Part shown: positions 51,076-64,000 of the stretch, one piece after another
Position numbering within the stretch: position 1 is the first letter of the stretch
Layout: every line of letters begins with the position of its first letter
Assembly: GCA_030390025.1 (NCBI GenBank)
Contig: CM059433.1
Span: 27,778,001 to 27,842,000 of the forward strand
Direction of reading: 5' to 3'
Source of the DNA: Squalus acanthias
Lineage: Eukaryota
DNA length: 64,000 bases
Position numbers and translations under genes: made by a program
Notes under the pieces: model-generated
Told to the model about the DNA's origin: nothing
Databases searched by the model: none
Seen by the model: only the letters and a program-made list of their open reading frames with translations

Positions 51076-51858
51076 GGGGAATGAGAACATGCGCAGAGAG
51101 AGAGATGTGGAGAAAGAACGAGAAAAATATGCCCCTTCCACCACTTCCGTCGGCAGCGAATTCCAGGTCATCACCGCTGCGTAAAAAAGTTTTTCCTCAC
51201 ATCCCCCCTGTATCTCTTGCCCAAAACCTTAAATCTGTGTCCCCTTAGAAGAGATTTCTTAATAAGTGAAGGTTTTCCTTTCATACGTTAGGTATGCGTG
51301 GGTTTTGAGATTCTGACAGCTCAGTCTATCCAGATGAAGGTCGTAGAACTGAATGTCAAACTCTTAACACTGAATTCTTTATAGTAACTTTTTTTTGTTA
51401 AGCCTATGTAATGCAGCCAATGTAATTCTGTTAAATAAACAAGCTCAGAGTGTAATGTTCAGGAACAAAAATGGCATTCAGGTTTTTTCTGGGTGGGGGG
51501 GGCATTGCGGGGAGTAAGATGGAGAGTGCAATCCAATCTTGATTAGAAAAAGGCAAAATTTAAAAATGAGCAGGCGGTTAACATACTTAACAATTTGGGA
51601 TTAGGATTAAGGCTCTGCCAGAACACAAGAAACATGAATATATAAAATATCAACAGAAAATGCTGGAAACACTCAGCAGGTCAGGCAGCATCCGTGGAGA
51701 GAGAAACAGAGTTAACGTTTCAGGTCTGTGACCCTTTGTCAGAACATTTTTCACCACAGAAATAAATTGAAATAATGAAATGGACGGAGTGCAACGTCAT
51801 AACAATTGGAAATATCCCATTGCTTTTTTAACTGAGATTAGGTACTGGTTTTGATGAC

Positions 51859-51896
<38 letters not shown>

Positions 51897-52043
51897 AACC
51901 ACTATGGGTCAGTGTTCCCCACATGCTGAATTTATCATCACTCGTTTTGCATCTCCAGATATAAATCTTAATTTTCTCTGCATCAGCTTCATCTTTTCAA
52001 CATAAGACAGCAGAGAAGAAATTTGTTGACTTTCTACTCTCTT

Positions 52044-52690
52044 GGGGAAATTTTAGCCCAAAAAAATGGGTGGGTTGGGTGGTAAGTTAAAGTGTTAAAA
52101 GTCTGAATCCCGACCAGAACCCGCCTCCAACCCGCCCACTTCTGGTTTTAACGGAGGCGGGACAGGGGTCAGGCAGCCAAACCGCTCCTAGGACGCATGT
52201 CAGCCATTTAAATATTATAATGAGGCTGCCGTGCCTCAGATTTAACCTCCATTTTAAATTTAACTGTAGCTGGTCGGGTTTTGCAGGCCTCGTGAAACCC
52301 ACCAGCTAAAGTAAGGAGAGGATTGCTGGATCGAGGAGGTAAGTGCCTTTACGCTTACCTCCTGGATCCAGCGTCCCTGCCTAACCCACCCCCCGCGATT
52401 GGAGACCCCCTCCCCCATGAGGCCACTGATCGCCCTTTGCGAGGTACCCCCCCACCGCCAGCCCCATGCTCCAACCCCCCGATGATCTCCAGTGTCCCGT
52501 CCCCCACCCCTGCTCTGCCGATGGTCACCCACTCCCCCCTCACCCTGATGATCACCCCTGCGCCCCCACCTCCTCCGGAGAGGGGGACAGTGGGAGAGGG
52601 GCAAAGTGGGAGGGGAAGGGGGGAAGGGGGAGGGGGAAGGGGGGGAAGGGAGGGGGAAGGGGGGGGGAGAGAGGCGGAAAGGGGGGATGG
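52044..52690. mobile_element. Partial PIF/Harbinger-like element, same family as 20721-22585
   Basis: Shares GGGGAAATTTTA terminus, TTTAAATATTATAATGAGG and GCTGGTCGGGTTTTGCA.GCCTCGTGAAACCC; right TIR not found. Confidence 0.65.
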
Positions 52691-53840
52691 GATGGAAGAA
52701 ATAGGGAGAATCATCACCAGCTTCTAACATTGATTTTGTAGCAGCCAGCTTTAAAGTAGGTTACAGAATGTGAAGTAAACTGAGACCCACTTGGGAGAAC
52801 GGACTTTGTAAAAAGGGCTGAACACAAACAGAAAATGCTTTGAGAGATTAGCTCAAAGAGAATGATACAGATACATATGGAAGGTATGTCAGGCATTCGA
52901 CACCAACCATTCATTCACTGTACAGCAGAGAAAATACTCTATTCATATTAATGAGCATTTCTGCTGCATTAGACTTTCCTACAGTTCTCATTTATGTTTT
53001 GCTCATTTTCTCGGCTCGCTCCTTATTGATTCGCCAACAGTTGCACATTTGTTGAGTCTTGGTGTTCTACTGGGAAAGCCTACGGAGATGGCTTGTCATT
53101 TTGAATGAAGAGACAAGGAAACTATTAAGCGCAGGGTTAATCTTAACAAGATTATTAGAGAAATAATGAAGAGGTTACAATAAAACGGCCGCGTCAGGGC
53201 TGCATTTAAATTAAGGAGACACAGGTTTGTTTGTGCACTGAACAGAAGGGTCAGCACTTTCCCAAAGGGTCTGTTCCGTGGTACAGCAATTTCAGCAACA
53301 TTCAAATCGTGCCTCAACTCCAGATCAGGTTTCTTTGACCATGTAGCGAGTTCACTGGTAACTGTTGTAAACTAACTAGTATGCGGATGAACCTTACTAT
53401 TTCCTCCTGTTCCTGTATTAATTCTTAATGTAAGGCCATTATAGTTCATTGGCTGTAAAGCACTTTGGGACGTCCAGAGATCATGAAGGGCGTGATATAA
53501 ATGCAATTCTTTCAGTCTTTCTTTCATATATCACAAAAAGTAAGTCCCCACCACAAAGTGATTAATGTATATTTTGGCTCAATTCAGACACTTAAGTGGC
53601 TTGAAATGTAAGCTCTTGAGAAATGAGCACTTTCCATTTCTGTGCATCAAAAAAATGTATAATACAGGCCATAAAATAAGTAAGAGTCCCTCCACCCCAA
53701 CAAGGGTTCAAGCTCAGAATCGCCCCATTTTCTGAACCAGCCATCGTTCTGGCCTCTGACAACTGGTGGTGAAATGTGGATAATCAGTGTTCTGCATCTT
53801 AAAATTAGAGCTAGGTCATTTAGGAGTGAAATCAGGAAGG

Positions 53841-53879
<39 letters not shown>

Positions 53880-54287
53880 TAGTGAAAATCTGGAACTCTC
53901 TTCCCCCAAAATGTTGTGGATGCTGAGGGCCAATTTAAATTTTCCAAGACTGAGATCGATAGTTGGGTAAGGGTATCAAGGGATATGGATCGAAGGCAGG
54001 TAAATGAAGTAAAGGTTTGAATCAGTGATGATCAGACTGAATGGCGGAACAGGCTCGAGGGGCTGAATGGCCTACTCCTGTTCTTATGTTACCATGTCCC
54101 AGATTGGTTCCAAAGGTGAAAGGATAGTGTTTTAATCCGCCATACCATACAAATGCAAGCTGAAAAATTGCAATGGTTTAACTAAAAGAGAATGGATGAC
54201 GTTTTAGATATCTAACAAACTCGTTGTATCGCTGACATTAAACATTGGTTCTTCTATGTGGTTGTCCAATAGATAGATTGACATTAC

Positions 54288-54417
54288 TTATATAATCCAA
54301 CATCTGCGTCCATTTCACAGCTTCAGATGATTCCGGGTTTTCCTTTAGCAACAACGCCAACTTCTCTTTCACCTGTTCAACTTTGCCAGTGTTTTGGTTC
54401 AACTCGGCTTCAAACAC
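54288..54417 (-). CDS. DST: Dystonin-like internal exon (VFEAELNQNTGKVEQVKEKL...WTQMLDYI)
   Basis: Acceptor TTGCTCCAG|GTG, donor ATAA|GTAATG; 130 nt, phase 0 to 1; in frame with both neighbouring exons. Confidence 0.88.
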
Positions 54418-56020
54418 CTGGAGCAATGGAGCACAAGGAAATTGGTAATAATTTATCAAGATCTAGATGTCTCTACATCAGGCATTTTCAATTTACCAAT
54501 TAAGCCCGACAACATTGAAAGGGATACAAATCAAAAAACTATTTCTTACAGTTAGATCAGACAGATAACAAGCAGCAAGAACATTGTTAGCCAAATATAA
54601 TCACTGATTATTTTGTAGAATGAAAAACACTTCTTTTATTGAAGTAGATTACTCTACAATTCTCCACAAAACACTAAAAACAGGAGACACACAAACAGAT
54701 GCAAGTGTAATGGAATTTTTATAACTAACAGCTCCAGTTCTCCATCAATTTCTAAGTGGCGAACTGCTTTGGCGCATTTTTGGCATCTGAAGACTTTTCA
54801 TGTTGCTACGACTTTTAAACTTTCTACAGTTATCCTAAATAGATCAAAACACTTGTATTTCAAATATTTTAGTCACAGTAGTTTCATTTGTTGGACGGGA
54901 AACCAACCCCTATTAGAAAGGAGGCAGACTTAAGCATTAAAGAACCAACAGAAAATGTTGTCATTCTGGAGAAGCTCAGCGATCTCTTCTCATTAACCAC
55001 CCCAATGCCCAGACCATCGCATCACCCACAATTAATCTCCTCAGACATCCATGACAAATGTCGCAATCTCTTTCTTACCGTGCACCATAATCGGTAACTT
55101 TCTCCGAACCCGGTGAGGTAAGAAAGGAGGAGTTGCACACTTCAATAAAACCTCTCTTCTTACTCTTCAGAAAAGAAGCCTCATTCAATAGCTGGGAATG
55201 CGTAGTGACTGATTTGAGCTTCAGTCCTCATCGCATTCAACAATATTAGGAGGTGTGAGGAGACGTTGTATTCAACTAGTGATGGGTATCTATTTCTCAT
55301 ACTGTCTACTCAACCACCTTCCACGTTATGTTGTTCCCAATGCCACACACCATCCTTGACCATTCTTTTGGAGCAGGCTTGGTATACGAAAGCTAGGTTT
55401 TCGGTTACATTAAAAAGTTTTATAAATTGGGAACTCTCAAAACTTCATTTAACATGGATTGTGGTTGCGTTTAAGTACCAAGACTGCCTCCTCGAGAGTC
55501 TCTTCACAGAATATAATACACTGTTAGATCGGCGACTTCACCCTCCCTAGTTAAACGGCAATAAAACTGGGCCATAATGGTCCTACTATATCCATCTGTT
55601 CAACTTCACTTTGAAGCTCACAAGTGCAATGATATTGTTATCACAAGCACAACACTGCTGATACAAAGCCTTCTAGTTTGGTACAAAGAAAACCAGCTGC
55701 GGCAGATTTCAATGTGAAACTGGGCGTACAATAAGGGGTCATCAGTGATCACACATTGTAATGTGCCTTTTCCCATTCCATCTCCATTCTACTGCCCTTC
55801 CCTGGGATGGCCTAGCCAAGATCAGAAAATGGCTTTACAGAAAATTGAGAGAGAACCCACATCCTATCCACTGGCACACTGCCCCACTAGCCTGATCATC
55901 AACACCATCAATGCATTGCAATTAATCATATCCATAGCAGTTTAACTTTACTGCAGCTTAATCATGTTTCAGGTGCAGTAAGAAAAAGGGATATACACAA
56001 GGAGCTAGTGCTAAAGTATT

Positions 56021-56767
56021 GGGCCAGATCTTACTGGAAAAATAATGGCGTGTTAACGACGCACGCCATTATTAATGCACAAATCGGCCAGCGAGTTCAG
56101 GGGGTTAAGAGATACTCCGTGAGTTGTGAATCTCCAGAACTTGCTGATCGATGCTTCGCGCACACAGCATCTCGCCCTCAACCTCCCCGTTATTTATAAG
56201 AATTTGCTGGATTTGCACATTAATTGCCCATTAAACTCTCGGCAGAAAGTTAAGTCTGGTAATTAAGAGCAGAAGTACCTTTTTAACCATGTGTTAATTG
56301 TTAATGCAATGCCAATCAACCTCTCTGGCCCAGGAAGGGAACAATTTAAACTGTTCAATCTCATTCCTGCAGGTAGTCAATTGTTGTTAGAGATTTTTAA
56401 AATGTCAAATTTTACATTTGTTTTCTTTCTTACTGTTCCTTTGTGTCTCTTTTATTTCTCTCTCAATCCAATCTTTCTTTCCCTCTCTCGATTTCTATTT
56501 CTGTGCCTGATTTGACTCTATTCACCATAATGCCTTCTCCGTTGTTCCTCCGTTTCATTCTCAATCCTTAAATCTCATTGGTTGAGGAGATAGACTGTTG
56601 GTCCTGTCATTCACGAAGGTCTCAGATGCCCCGTTGCCCTCGCCGCGCCTTTATCAGCTCGCACGTCCGACAAGTTACGGTGCAAAAATTTTCAAGCTGA
56701 AGGGTGAGGGGAAAGCCTAACTTACGGCGCACACCGCGAGATGCCCTGCTCCAGCAAGATCCCGCCC
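56021..56767. mobile_element. PIF/Harbinger-like MITE (747 bp)
   Basis: TIRs GGGCCAGATCTTACTGGA / TCCAGCAAGATCCCGCCC; flanks ATT/AAT (imperfect 3-bp TSD). Confidence 0.7.
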
Positions 56768-56910
56768 AATAAAGTTTATTGTAAAATTTCATCTTTAAAA
56801 AGGTTAAAAAAGAGGTTAATCTACTAATTAGTCAATAAAGTTTGTCACTCCACTAACATTTTTAACCAGGACAAACATATATATACACATACATATACAC
56901 ACACACACAC

Positions 56911-57146
56911 CTTATGTTGTTCAACTTGTTCCTTTATAGCTTCAGTCTCTGTTGGCAACGTATCCCAAGATGCTGCTCTCTTATCCATCGACTCTAACCA
57001 TCCCTTGACCGAATGGGCTTCCTCCTCGATTTGCTGCCTCTGTGCCAGCATGGATTCCAGCTGACTCTCCTTGTCCTTCAGCAAGCCTCCCACATCTTCA
57101 TACTGATAATTCACATCTGCAATATCTTGCTGGATAGCTGTCAGCT
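56911..57146 (-). CDS. DST: Dystonin-like spectraplakin, internal coding exon (spectrin repeat; (E)LTAIQQDIADVNYQYEDVGGLLKDK...KEQVEQHK)
   Basis: Acceptor TTTCCTGGTTGCAG|AG, donor AAG|GTGTGT; 236 nt, phase 1 to 0; YEDxGxLLKDK...PTxTEAxKxQVEQxK resembles dystonin as recalled. Confidence 0.85.
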
Positions 57147-57854
57147 CTGCAACCAGGAAACATACTTCACCATCTCACTGATGACAAGTTTTTTTGAAAG
57201 ACATGCCTTAACTCAAATAACTCTGAGTTATAAAGTTCATGCAAGTACAAGAAGTGTGTTTGGTCTAAATTTTGTTGTTCGGAGTTCTGCTACTCAACAC
57301 AAATTCGGAAGAAGTCAAGTGTGATTTCTATTCTTACAACTAAAGCAAATCCTAAGTAGTTCCAGTGGAGTTTTCAAGGTTAAGGGGCATTACCCCAAAT
57401 ATAGCTGGTACTATTTGTATCCAAGTTCCTTTTTTAAAATCTGAAAGCAAACTAGTCCAGTTATAGTGTTAACTTCTGAATATATTTTTGAGCTGGTCTC
57501 TAATGAAGTATGAAGATTATATTATTTCTTTTTCTATTGCAGCCCTAGTTTCAAAAGGTAAACAAATAATCTAGTTTTTAAAATCAAGGGTTAGAATTGA
57601 AATAGTCTCTTGCTTAATGGTGACTCTCATGAATACTTCAACACAAGTGACCGGACCTGGATTCGCTCTTGATTTCAATCATGCGAGAGTGTGAAAATTC
57701 CCCATGGGAAGGAGGAAAGGAAATAGAACCAATAGTTTCTATAGATCCCTCATTCCTAACTTTAAACAGAGCCTGTAGATAGTGGGATAGCTCGACCTCA
57801 GATAACATCCCCTTCATCTTTGTTGGAGAGCTAATAAAGCAGAGAGACTAATAT

Positions 57855-60800
57855 CCTTTCGGGAAGGAAATCTGCTGTCCTTACCTGGTCTGACCTATAT
57901 TTGACTCCAGACCCACAGATATGTGGTTGACTCTTAACTGCCCTTGGCAATGGCCTAGCAAGCCACTAAGTTGCACCAAACCGCAACGAAAAACAATAAG
58001 AATAAAACTGGACGGATCACCGAGCATCGACCTAGGATTTAGACACGACAAAGGCGCACCCCCAGCCCAGTTGACCCTGAAAAGTCCTCCTCACCAACAT
58101 CTGGGGATTTGTGCCAAAATTGGACAGCTGTGCCACAGACTAGTCAAAGAACAGCCTGACATAGTCCTACTTATAGAATCATACCTTTCAGCCGACATCC
58201 AGACTCCTCCATCACCATCCCTGGGTATGTCCTGTCCCACCGGCAGGGCAGACCCACCAGAGGTGGCAGCACAGTGGTATACAGTCAGGAAGGAGTAGCC
58301 CTGGCAGTCCTCAACATTGACTTCAGACACCATGAAGTCTTATTGCATCAGGTCAAACATGGGCAAGGAAACCTCCTGTTCATTACCACCTACCACCCTC
58401 CCTCAGCTGATGAATCAGTACTCCTCCATGTTGGACACCACTAGGAAGAAGCACTGAGGATAGCAAGGGCACAGAATATACTCTGGGTGGGGGACTTCAA
58501 TGTGCATCACCAAGAGTGGCTCAGTAGCACCACTACTGACCGAGCCCTGAAGGACGTAGCTGCCAGACTGGGCTTGTGGCAGGTGGTACGAGAACCAACA
58601 CGAAGGGAAAAACCTACTTGACCTCATCCTCACCAATCTACCTGTCACAGATGCCTCTGTCAATGACAGTATTGATGGCAATGACCATCGCACAGTCCTT
58701 GTGGAGACTAAGGCCCATCTTCACACGGAGAAGATCCTCCATTGTGTTGTGTGGCACTACCTCCGAACTAAATGGGATAGATTCAGAACAGATCTAGCAG
58801 CTCAAAACTGGGCATCCATGAGGTGCTATGGGCCATCAGCAGCAGCACAATTGTATTCCACCATAATCTGTAACCTTATGGCCGGGCATATCCCTCACTC
58901 TACCATTACCATCAAGCCAGCGACCAATCCTGGTTCAATGAGGAATGTAGAAGAGCATGCCAGGAGCAGCACCATGCGTACCTCAAACATGCCAATCTGG
59001 TGAAGCTGCAACACAGGACTACATGCATGCTAAACAGCAGAAGCAGCATGCTATAGACAGGGCTAAGCAATCCCACAACCAACGGATCAGATCAAAGCTC
59101 TGCAGTCCTGCCACATCCAGTCATGAATGGTGGTGGACAATTAAACAACTACCGGGAGGAGGAGGCTCCATGAACATCTGTATCCTCAATGATGGCGGGC
59201 CCAGCACATGAGTGCAAAAGGCAAGGCTGAACCATTTGCAACCATCTTCAGCCAGAAGTAATGAGTGGATGGTCCATCTCGGCCTGCATCTGAGGTCCCG
59301 ACCGTCACAGAAGCCAGTGTTCAGCCAATTCAATTCACTCCATGTGATATCAAGAAACAGCTGAGCATGCTGGATAAAGCAGAGACTATGGGCTCCGGCA
59401 ACACCCTGGCTGTAGTGAACACTTGCGCTCCAAAACTAGCCGTGCCTCTACCAAAGCTGTTCCAGTACAGCTACAACACTGGCATCTACCCGACAATGTG
59501 GAAAACTGCCCAGGTATGCCATGTCCACAAAAAGGACATATCCAATCCGGCCAATTACTGCCCCAATTACTACTCTCAATCATCACCAAAGTGATGGAAG
59601 GTGTCGTCGACAGTGCTATCAAGCAGCACTTACTCACGAATAACCTGCTCACCGATGCTCAGTTTGGGTTCCGCAAGGACCACTCAGCTCCAGACCTCAT
59701 TAGGTCCAAACATCAACAAAAGAGCTGAATTCCAGAGGTGAGGTGAGAGTGGCTGCCCTTGACATCAAGGCAGCATTTGACAGAGTGTGGCATCAAGGAG
59801 TCCTAGTAAAATTGAAGTCAATGGGAATCAGGTGAAAATTTCTCCACTGGCTGGAGACATACAAAGGAAGATGGTTGTGGTTGTTCGAGGCCAATCATCT
59901 TAGCCCTAGGACATCACTGCAGGAGTTTCTCAGGGCAGTGTCCTAGGCCCAACCATCTTCAGCTGCTTCATCAATGATCTTCCCTCCATCAGAAGGTCAG
60001 AAGTTGGGACGTTGGCTGATGATTGCAGTGTTCAGTTCCATTCGCAACTTCCCAAATAATGAAGCAGTCTGTGCCCACATGTAGCAAGACGTGGACGACA
60101 TTCAGGCTTGGGCTGATAAGTGGCAAGTGACCATCTCCAACAAGAGAGAATCTAACCACCTCCCATTGACATGCAATGGCATTACCATCACCAAATCCCC
60201 CACCATCAACATCCTGGGGGGTCACCATTGACCAGAAATCTAACTGGACCAACCACATATATACTATGGCTACAAGAGCAAGTCAGAGGTTGGGTATTCT
60301 GCAGCGAGTTTCTCACCTCCTGACTCCCCAAAGCCTTTCCACCATCTACAAGGCACAAGTCAGGAGTGCGATGGAATACTCTCCAATTGCCTGGAAGAGT
60401 TCAGCTCCAACACACAAGATGCTCGACACCATGCAGGACAAAGTAGCCAGCTTGATTGGCACCCCATCCACCACCAGCTCACTGTGGCTTCACTGCGTAC
60501 CATTTACAAGATGCACTGCAGCAACTCGCCAAAGCTTCTTCGACAGCACCTCCCAAACCCGCAACCTCTACCACCGAGAAGGACAAGGGCAGCAGGTGCA
60601 TGGAACACCATCACCTGCAAGATCCTATCCAAGTCACACACCAGCCTGACAAGGAAATATATCGCTGTTCCTTCATCATCACTGTTCCTTCATCGTCGCT
60701 GGGTCAAAATCCTGGAATTCCCTCTGTAACAGCACTGTGGGAGTACCTTCACCACACGGACTGTAGCGGTTCAAGAGTGCGGCTCACCACCATCTTCTCA

Positions 60801-60872
60801 AGGGCAATTAGGGATGGGCAATAAATGCTGGCCTTGCCAGTGACGCCCACATCCCGTGAATGAATAAAAAAA
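57855..60872 (+). mobile_element. Degenerate near-full-length CR1-group LINE of a different family (APE endonuclease + RT)
   Basis: PDIVLLIESYL, YHPPS, WVGDFNVHH, LDLILTN, DIKAAFDRVWH, QGSVLGP motifs with stops/frameshifts; A-rich tail. Confidence 0.85.
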
Positions 60873-60904
60873 AGTAACACTAAATCCCAGCTTTGGCAAC
60901 ATTG

Positions 60905-61308
60905 CCGAGGCTCAGTGGTACTCCAGAGACTTGAGCACATAAATCTAGGCTGACACTCCAGTGCAGTACTGAGGGATTGTTGCACTATTGGAGGTGCTGT
61001 CTTTAGACATTAAACTGAGGCCCTGTCTGCCCTCTCAGGTGGACGTAAAAGATCACAAGGCACTATTTCGAAGAAGAGCAGGGGAGTTTTCCCCGGTGTC
61101 CTGCTCAATATTAATCTCTCAACCAACATCACTAAAAAAGATTAACTGGACATTATCACATTGTTGTCTGTGGGGCCTTGCTGTGCGCAAATTGTCTGCC
61201 GCGTTTCCTACATTACAACAGTGACTGCACCTCAAAAGTACTTCATTGGCTTTAAAGCGCTTTGGGACCTCCTGAGGTTTTAAAGGGCGCTATATAAATG
61301 CAAGTCTT
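60905..61308 (+). mobile_element. SacSINE1/DeuSINE-like SINE
   Basis: Deu core and tail. Confidence 0.8.
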
Positions 61309-61836
61309 TATTCTGCATGCCGTTATAAAAGGCTCATAGGTACTTAGTATAGAAAGTTTTCCAAGGGTTAAGAACAAAGGCCCTTGGACTGCATAATGAG
61401 TATCGCTATTTTATTCAAATGTTTAATAGACTAACAATATTCCATCTGCAAGAATTCAGTTTCAACAGTTTGCTGCACATTACTTACAGAATCCCCGACC
61501 ATAACAACATCCAACTGGGTAATGGAAATCTGGAACTTTCTCCCCCAAAAAGCTGTCGAGGCTGGGGGTCAATTGAAAATTTCAAAACTGACATTGATGG
61601 ATTTTTGTTAGGCAAGGGTATTAAGGGTTACGGAACCAAGGCGGGTAGATTGAGTTAAGATAGAGATCAGCCATGATCTAACTGAATGGCGGAACAGGCT
61701 TGAGGGACTGAATGGCCGACTCCTGCTCCTATGTTCCTAGACAGCAATAACCAAAATTTCACACCTTCAACATCAGCACTAAAAAGTTCAGCTGTGGCCA
61801 GATGTGATAAAATACCGTAGGGGGAAACCACATCAG

Positions 61837-62625
61837 GGGCTCGATTTTCCAAGCCCCGAGGAGGCGGGCATGGACGCAGGACAGCCGGTAAATTCGGAGA
61901 AGCAGGAAGATGTGCAGCTTCGAGTCCCGTCTCCTGGAGGCGGGAAAGGCATTTAATCCTTTTAACTGCCTGTTAACAGGTAGTTAACAGGCAGAAAAAA
62001 GGATTGGTGCCATTTTACCTTCACAGGTGAAGGCTTCCTGACCTCGGAGAACCCCGCCGGGTTGGAGGAGACGTGGAGGGGGTCTGCGGCGGTCGGAGGC
62101 ACCTGGAAGTAAGGTGTAGAGGTGAGTGATGGGTGCAAGTGTGGAGTGGTAAGTATGCAAGGTGAATGATAAGTTTTAAAAAGTGTTCACTTACCTTGTT
62201 TTCTTCCTACAGCCTTCAGCCGCGCTGGATCGGGAGAGCCGACATTCTCCTTGTCAATTTCACAGACTGGCTGTTGGAACCTCCGTACCAACAGCCATGT
62301 GAAATTTACAAAGTTGAAAGGTTTGATGAGTCCTGAACATAAGGAATCATCAAACTAAAGAGAATGTCAGTGTTTGACAGCTTCACAGAGCTGTCAAACG
62401 CTGACATTTTTTCTTTCAAGAAGTCTTAACAGATAGCACGTCTGACATTGAGGTGCTCTGTCAGTGACTTCCTCCCTAATTGGCCCGCTGAGCCCGCAGG
62501 GCGGGCTTAACAAGGTCAATCAGGGGAAAATTCCTCTGGTTGGTCAGGCGAGGATGGAAGCGGGACATTGACACGACAAGCAGCTGTCCCGCCTCCAACT
62601 CGCCTCCATTCACAAAATCCAGCCC
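61837..62625. mobile_element. PIF/Harbinger-like MITE (789 bp)
   Basis: TIRs GGGCTCGATTTT / AAAATCCAGCCC; 3-bp TSD CAG (61834-61836, 62626-62628). Confidence 0.72.
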
Positions 62626-62819
62626 CAGGAATCCATTGCTTTAATTTCAAGACCAATAATTTATTTTAATGTAAAATTTATATTCTTCCTCCTCCCTCCC
62701 CCTCTACTTCAATCCCTGCTTCTTTGTATCTAAATTTCACTGGTGTGAAAACATATTTCGTGCAGTAGCTCACTTAACCCTTCTGGTCATCATGCACTTC
62801 ATCAGTAACAGGATGAGGC

Positions 62820-63172
62820 TGGCTTGCCAACCCTCCAGGATTGTCCTGGAGTCTCCAGGAGTTAAAAAAAATCCTGGAGATTAATTTTGGTCATTTTCTT
62901 TAAACACTTTTGTTTATTAATTCAAAAAACATTGGAAATGGGGGTGGGTAAAAATGCTAAGATTCATCTAATCGAGTTACAAAGAATCTATTCGCTTTCT
63001 AATCAGTGTGGGAAGGCGGGCGTCATGAGGCTGAACGTGCAATGGTGGGTGTGTGTGAAGACGTTGCATCATGTGGATGGACGGCCAATGCGGGGGGGGG
63101 GGCAGTCAAGTCAGAGGAAGGAGGTCATGTGATGACACTGCCAAGAATACATCCAATCAGAGTTGGTAACCT
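62820..63172. mobile_element. Possible old hAT-like MITE
   Basis: Termini GGCTTGCCAAC / GTTGGTAACC resemble GGGTTGCCA-type TIRs; TSD not convincing. Confidence 0.4.
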
Positions 63173-64000
63173 GAGGATGACCCCCAAAACTGACCACAGC
63201 TAATTCAGTCAAGCATCACTTTCTGACAGTGAGAACAACCCAACCAGGAGCCCAACTATGAAAGTGCACCCATCACCCAATTGAACGACACAAGTTCCAC
63301 CACAATGACAATCATAGAATGATAAAGCTCAGAAGGCGGCCATTCGGTCCATTGTGCCAATGGAGCTGTAAAAAAGAACTTTCAACTAACTAACTAGTTG
63401 GCAGTGGCGAAAAGAGAGCACTAGATCAACAAGGGACATTTACAACTCCGTTTCCTGAGGCACCACCAGGACCGTTTAGATGACCTTTCCCCCCCACAGC
63501 TTTCTTGTTTCTATGGCACAAGAGGTAGTTTTACCCACGACTCCAGGATAGTCAGTCGTTCACCGTGTAGGTAACCCACGGTACGTGCATTAACTTTTCC
63601 AACCCCACCATCATCTTTGTAGACAAATTAACCTCAAAACAGGCATATTAAAATGGAGTACTGAATTTATACTACGTGGCTATTTGAAATATTAACAGGA
63701 AAAATGAACTGATTTCTTGACTTGTTGTAACACTGCTTCAATACTACAAGATAAGCAAACCCAGCTTTCAAAAATGATTAAGGCAGTAATGAACTAGGAA
63801 TACATGAAATTTGGGATTTTTCCACAGAATTGGTCAACAGGTTACATTAATGGTAGCCTCAAGCATCATTCCATCCATTGTATTAACTTCTAACATGCGT
63901 GAAATTCAGAAGTGTACACTGAATGTTGTGGACAAACAGAGAGATCTAGGAGTTCAAATACATAATTCCCTGAAAGTGCGAGTGGAGGGAGATAAACCTA

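Noticed and set aside
52260..52741. Pro/Gly-rich ORFs on both strands
   Set aside because: Produced by C- and G-tracts within a transposon relic
747..57146. Calling the host gene MACF1 because of the KIAA0754-like ORF
   Set aside because: Most diagnostic residues recalled are DST-type; MACF1 is not fully excluded without a phylogeny

Overview
Eukaryotic genomic DNA, most likely from a cartilaginous fish (inferred from SacSINE1/DeuSINE-like SINEs, abundant CR1 and L2 LINEs and Penelope-type tails). The window lies inside a spectraplakin gene on the minus strand. Eight coding exons (57146 down to 747) have canonical GT-AG sites, join in one open frame and encode spectrin repeats that match my recollection of dystonin (DST/BPAG1) better than MACF1. 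The 37.7-kb intron between the 1472-nt exon (41819-40348) and the next exon (2655-2494) holds a same-strand 431-aa ORF (12536-11241) homologous to the N-terminus of KIAA0754. It has a strong Kozak context, a CpG-rich upstream region, an MGKPLS putative myristoylation signal and an in-frame phase-0 donor at 11334, which predicts a short, possibly membrane-anchored spectraplakin isoform. The rest is intron filled with retroelements and non-autonomous DNA transposons (PIF/Harbinger-like, hAT, Tigger-like), several nested. There is also a 200-bp local inverted duplication, degenerate Penelope-type hammerhead motifs and a tRNA-Asn pseudogene. All homology calls are from memory and by-eye comparison, not database searches. 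Repeat boundaries are approximate unless TIR/TSD coordinates are given.
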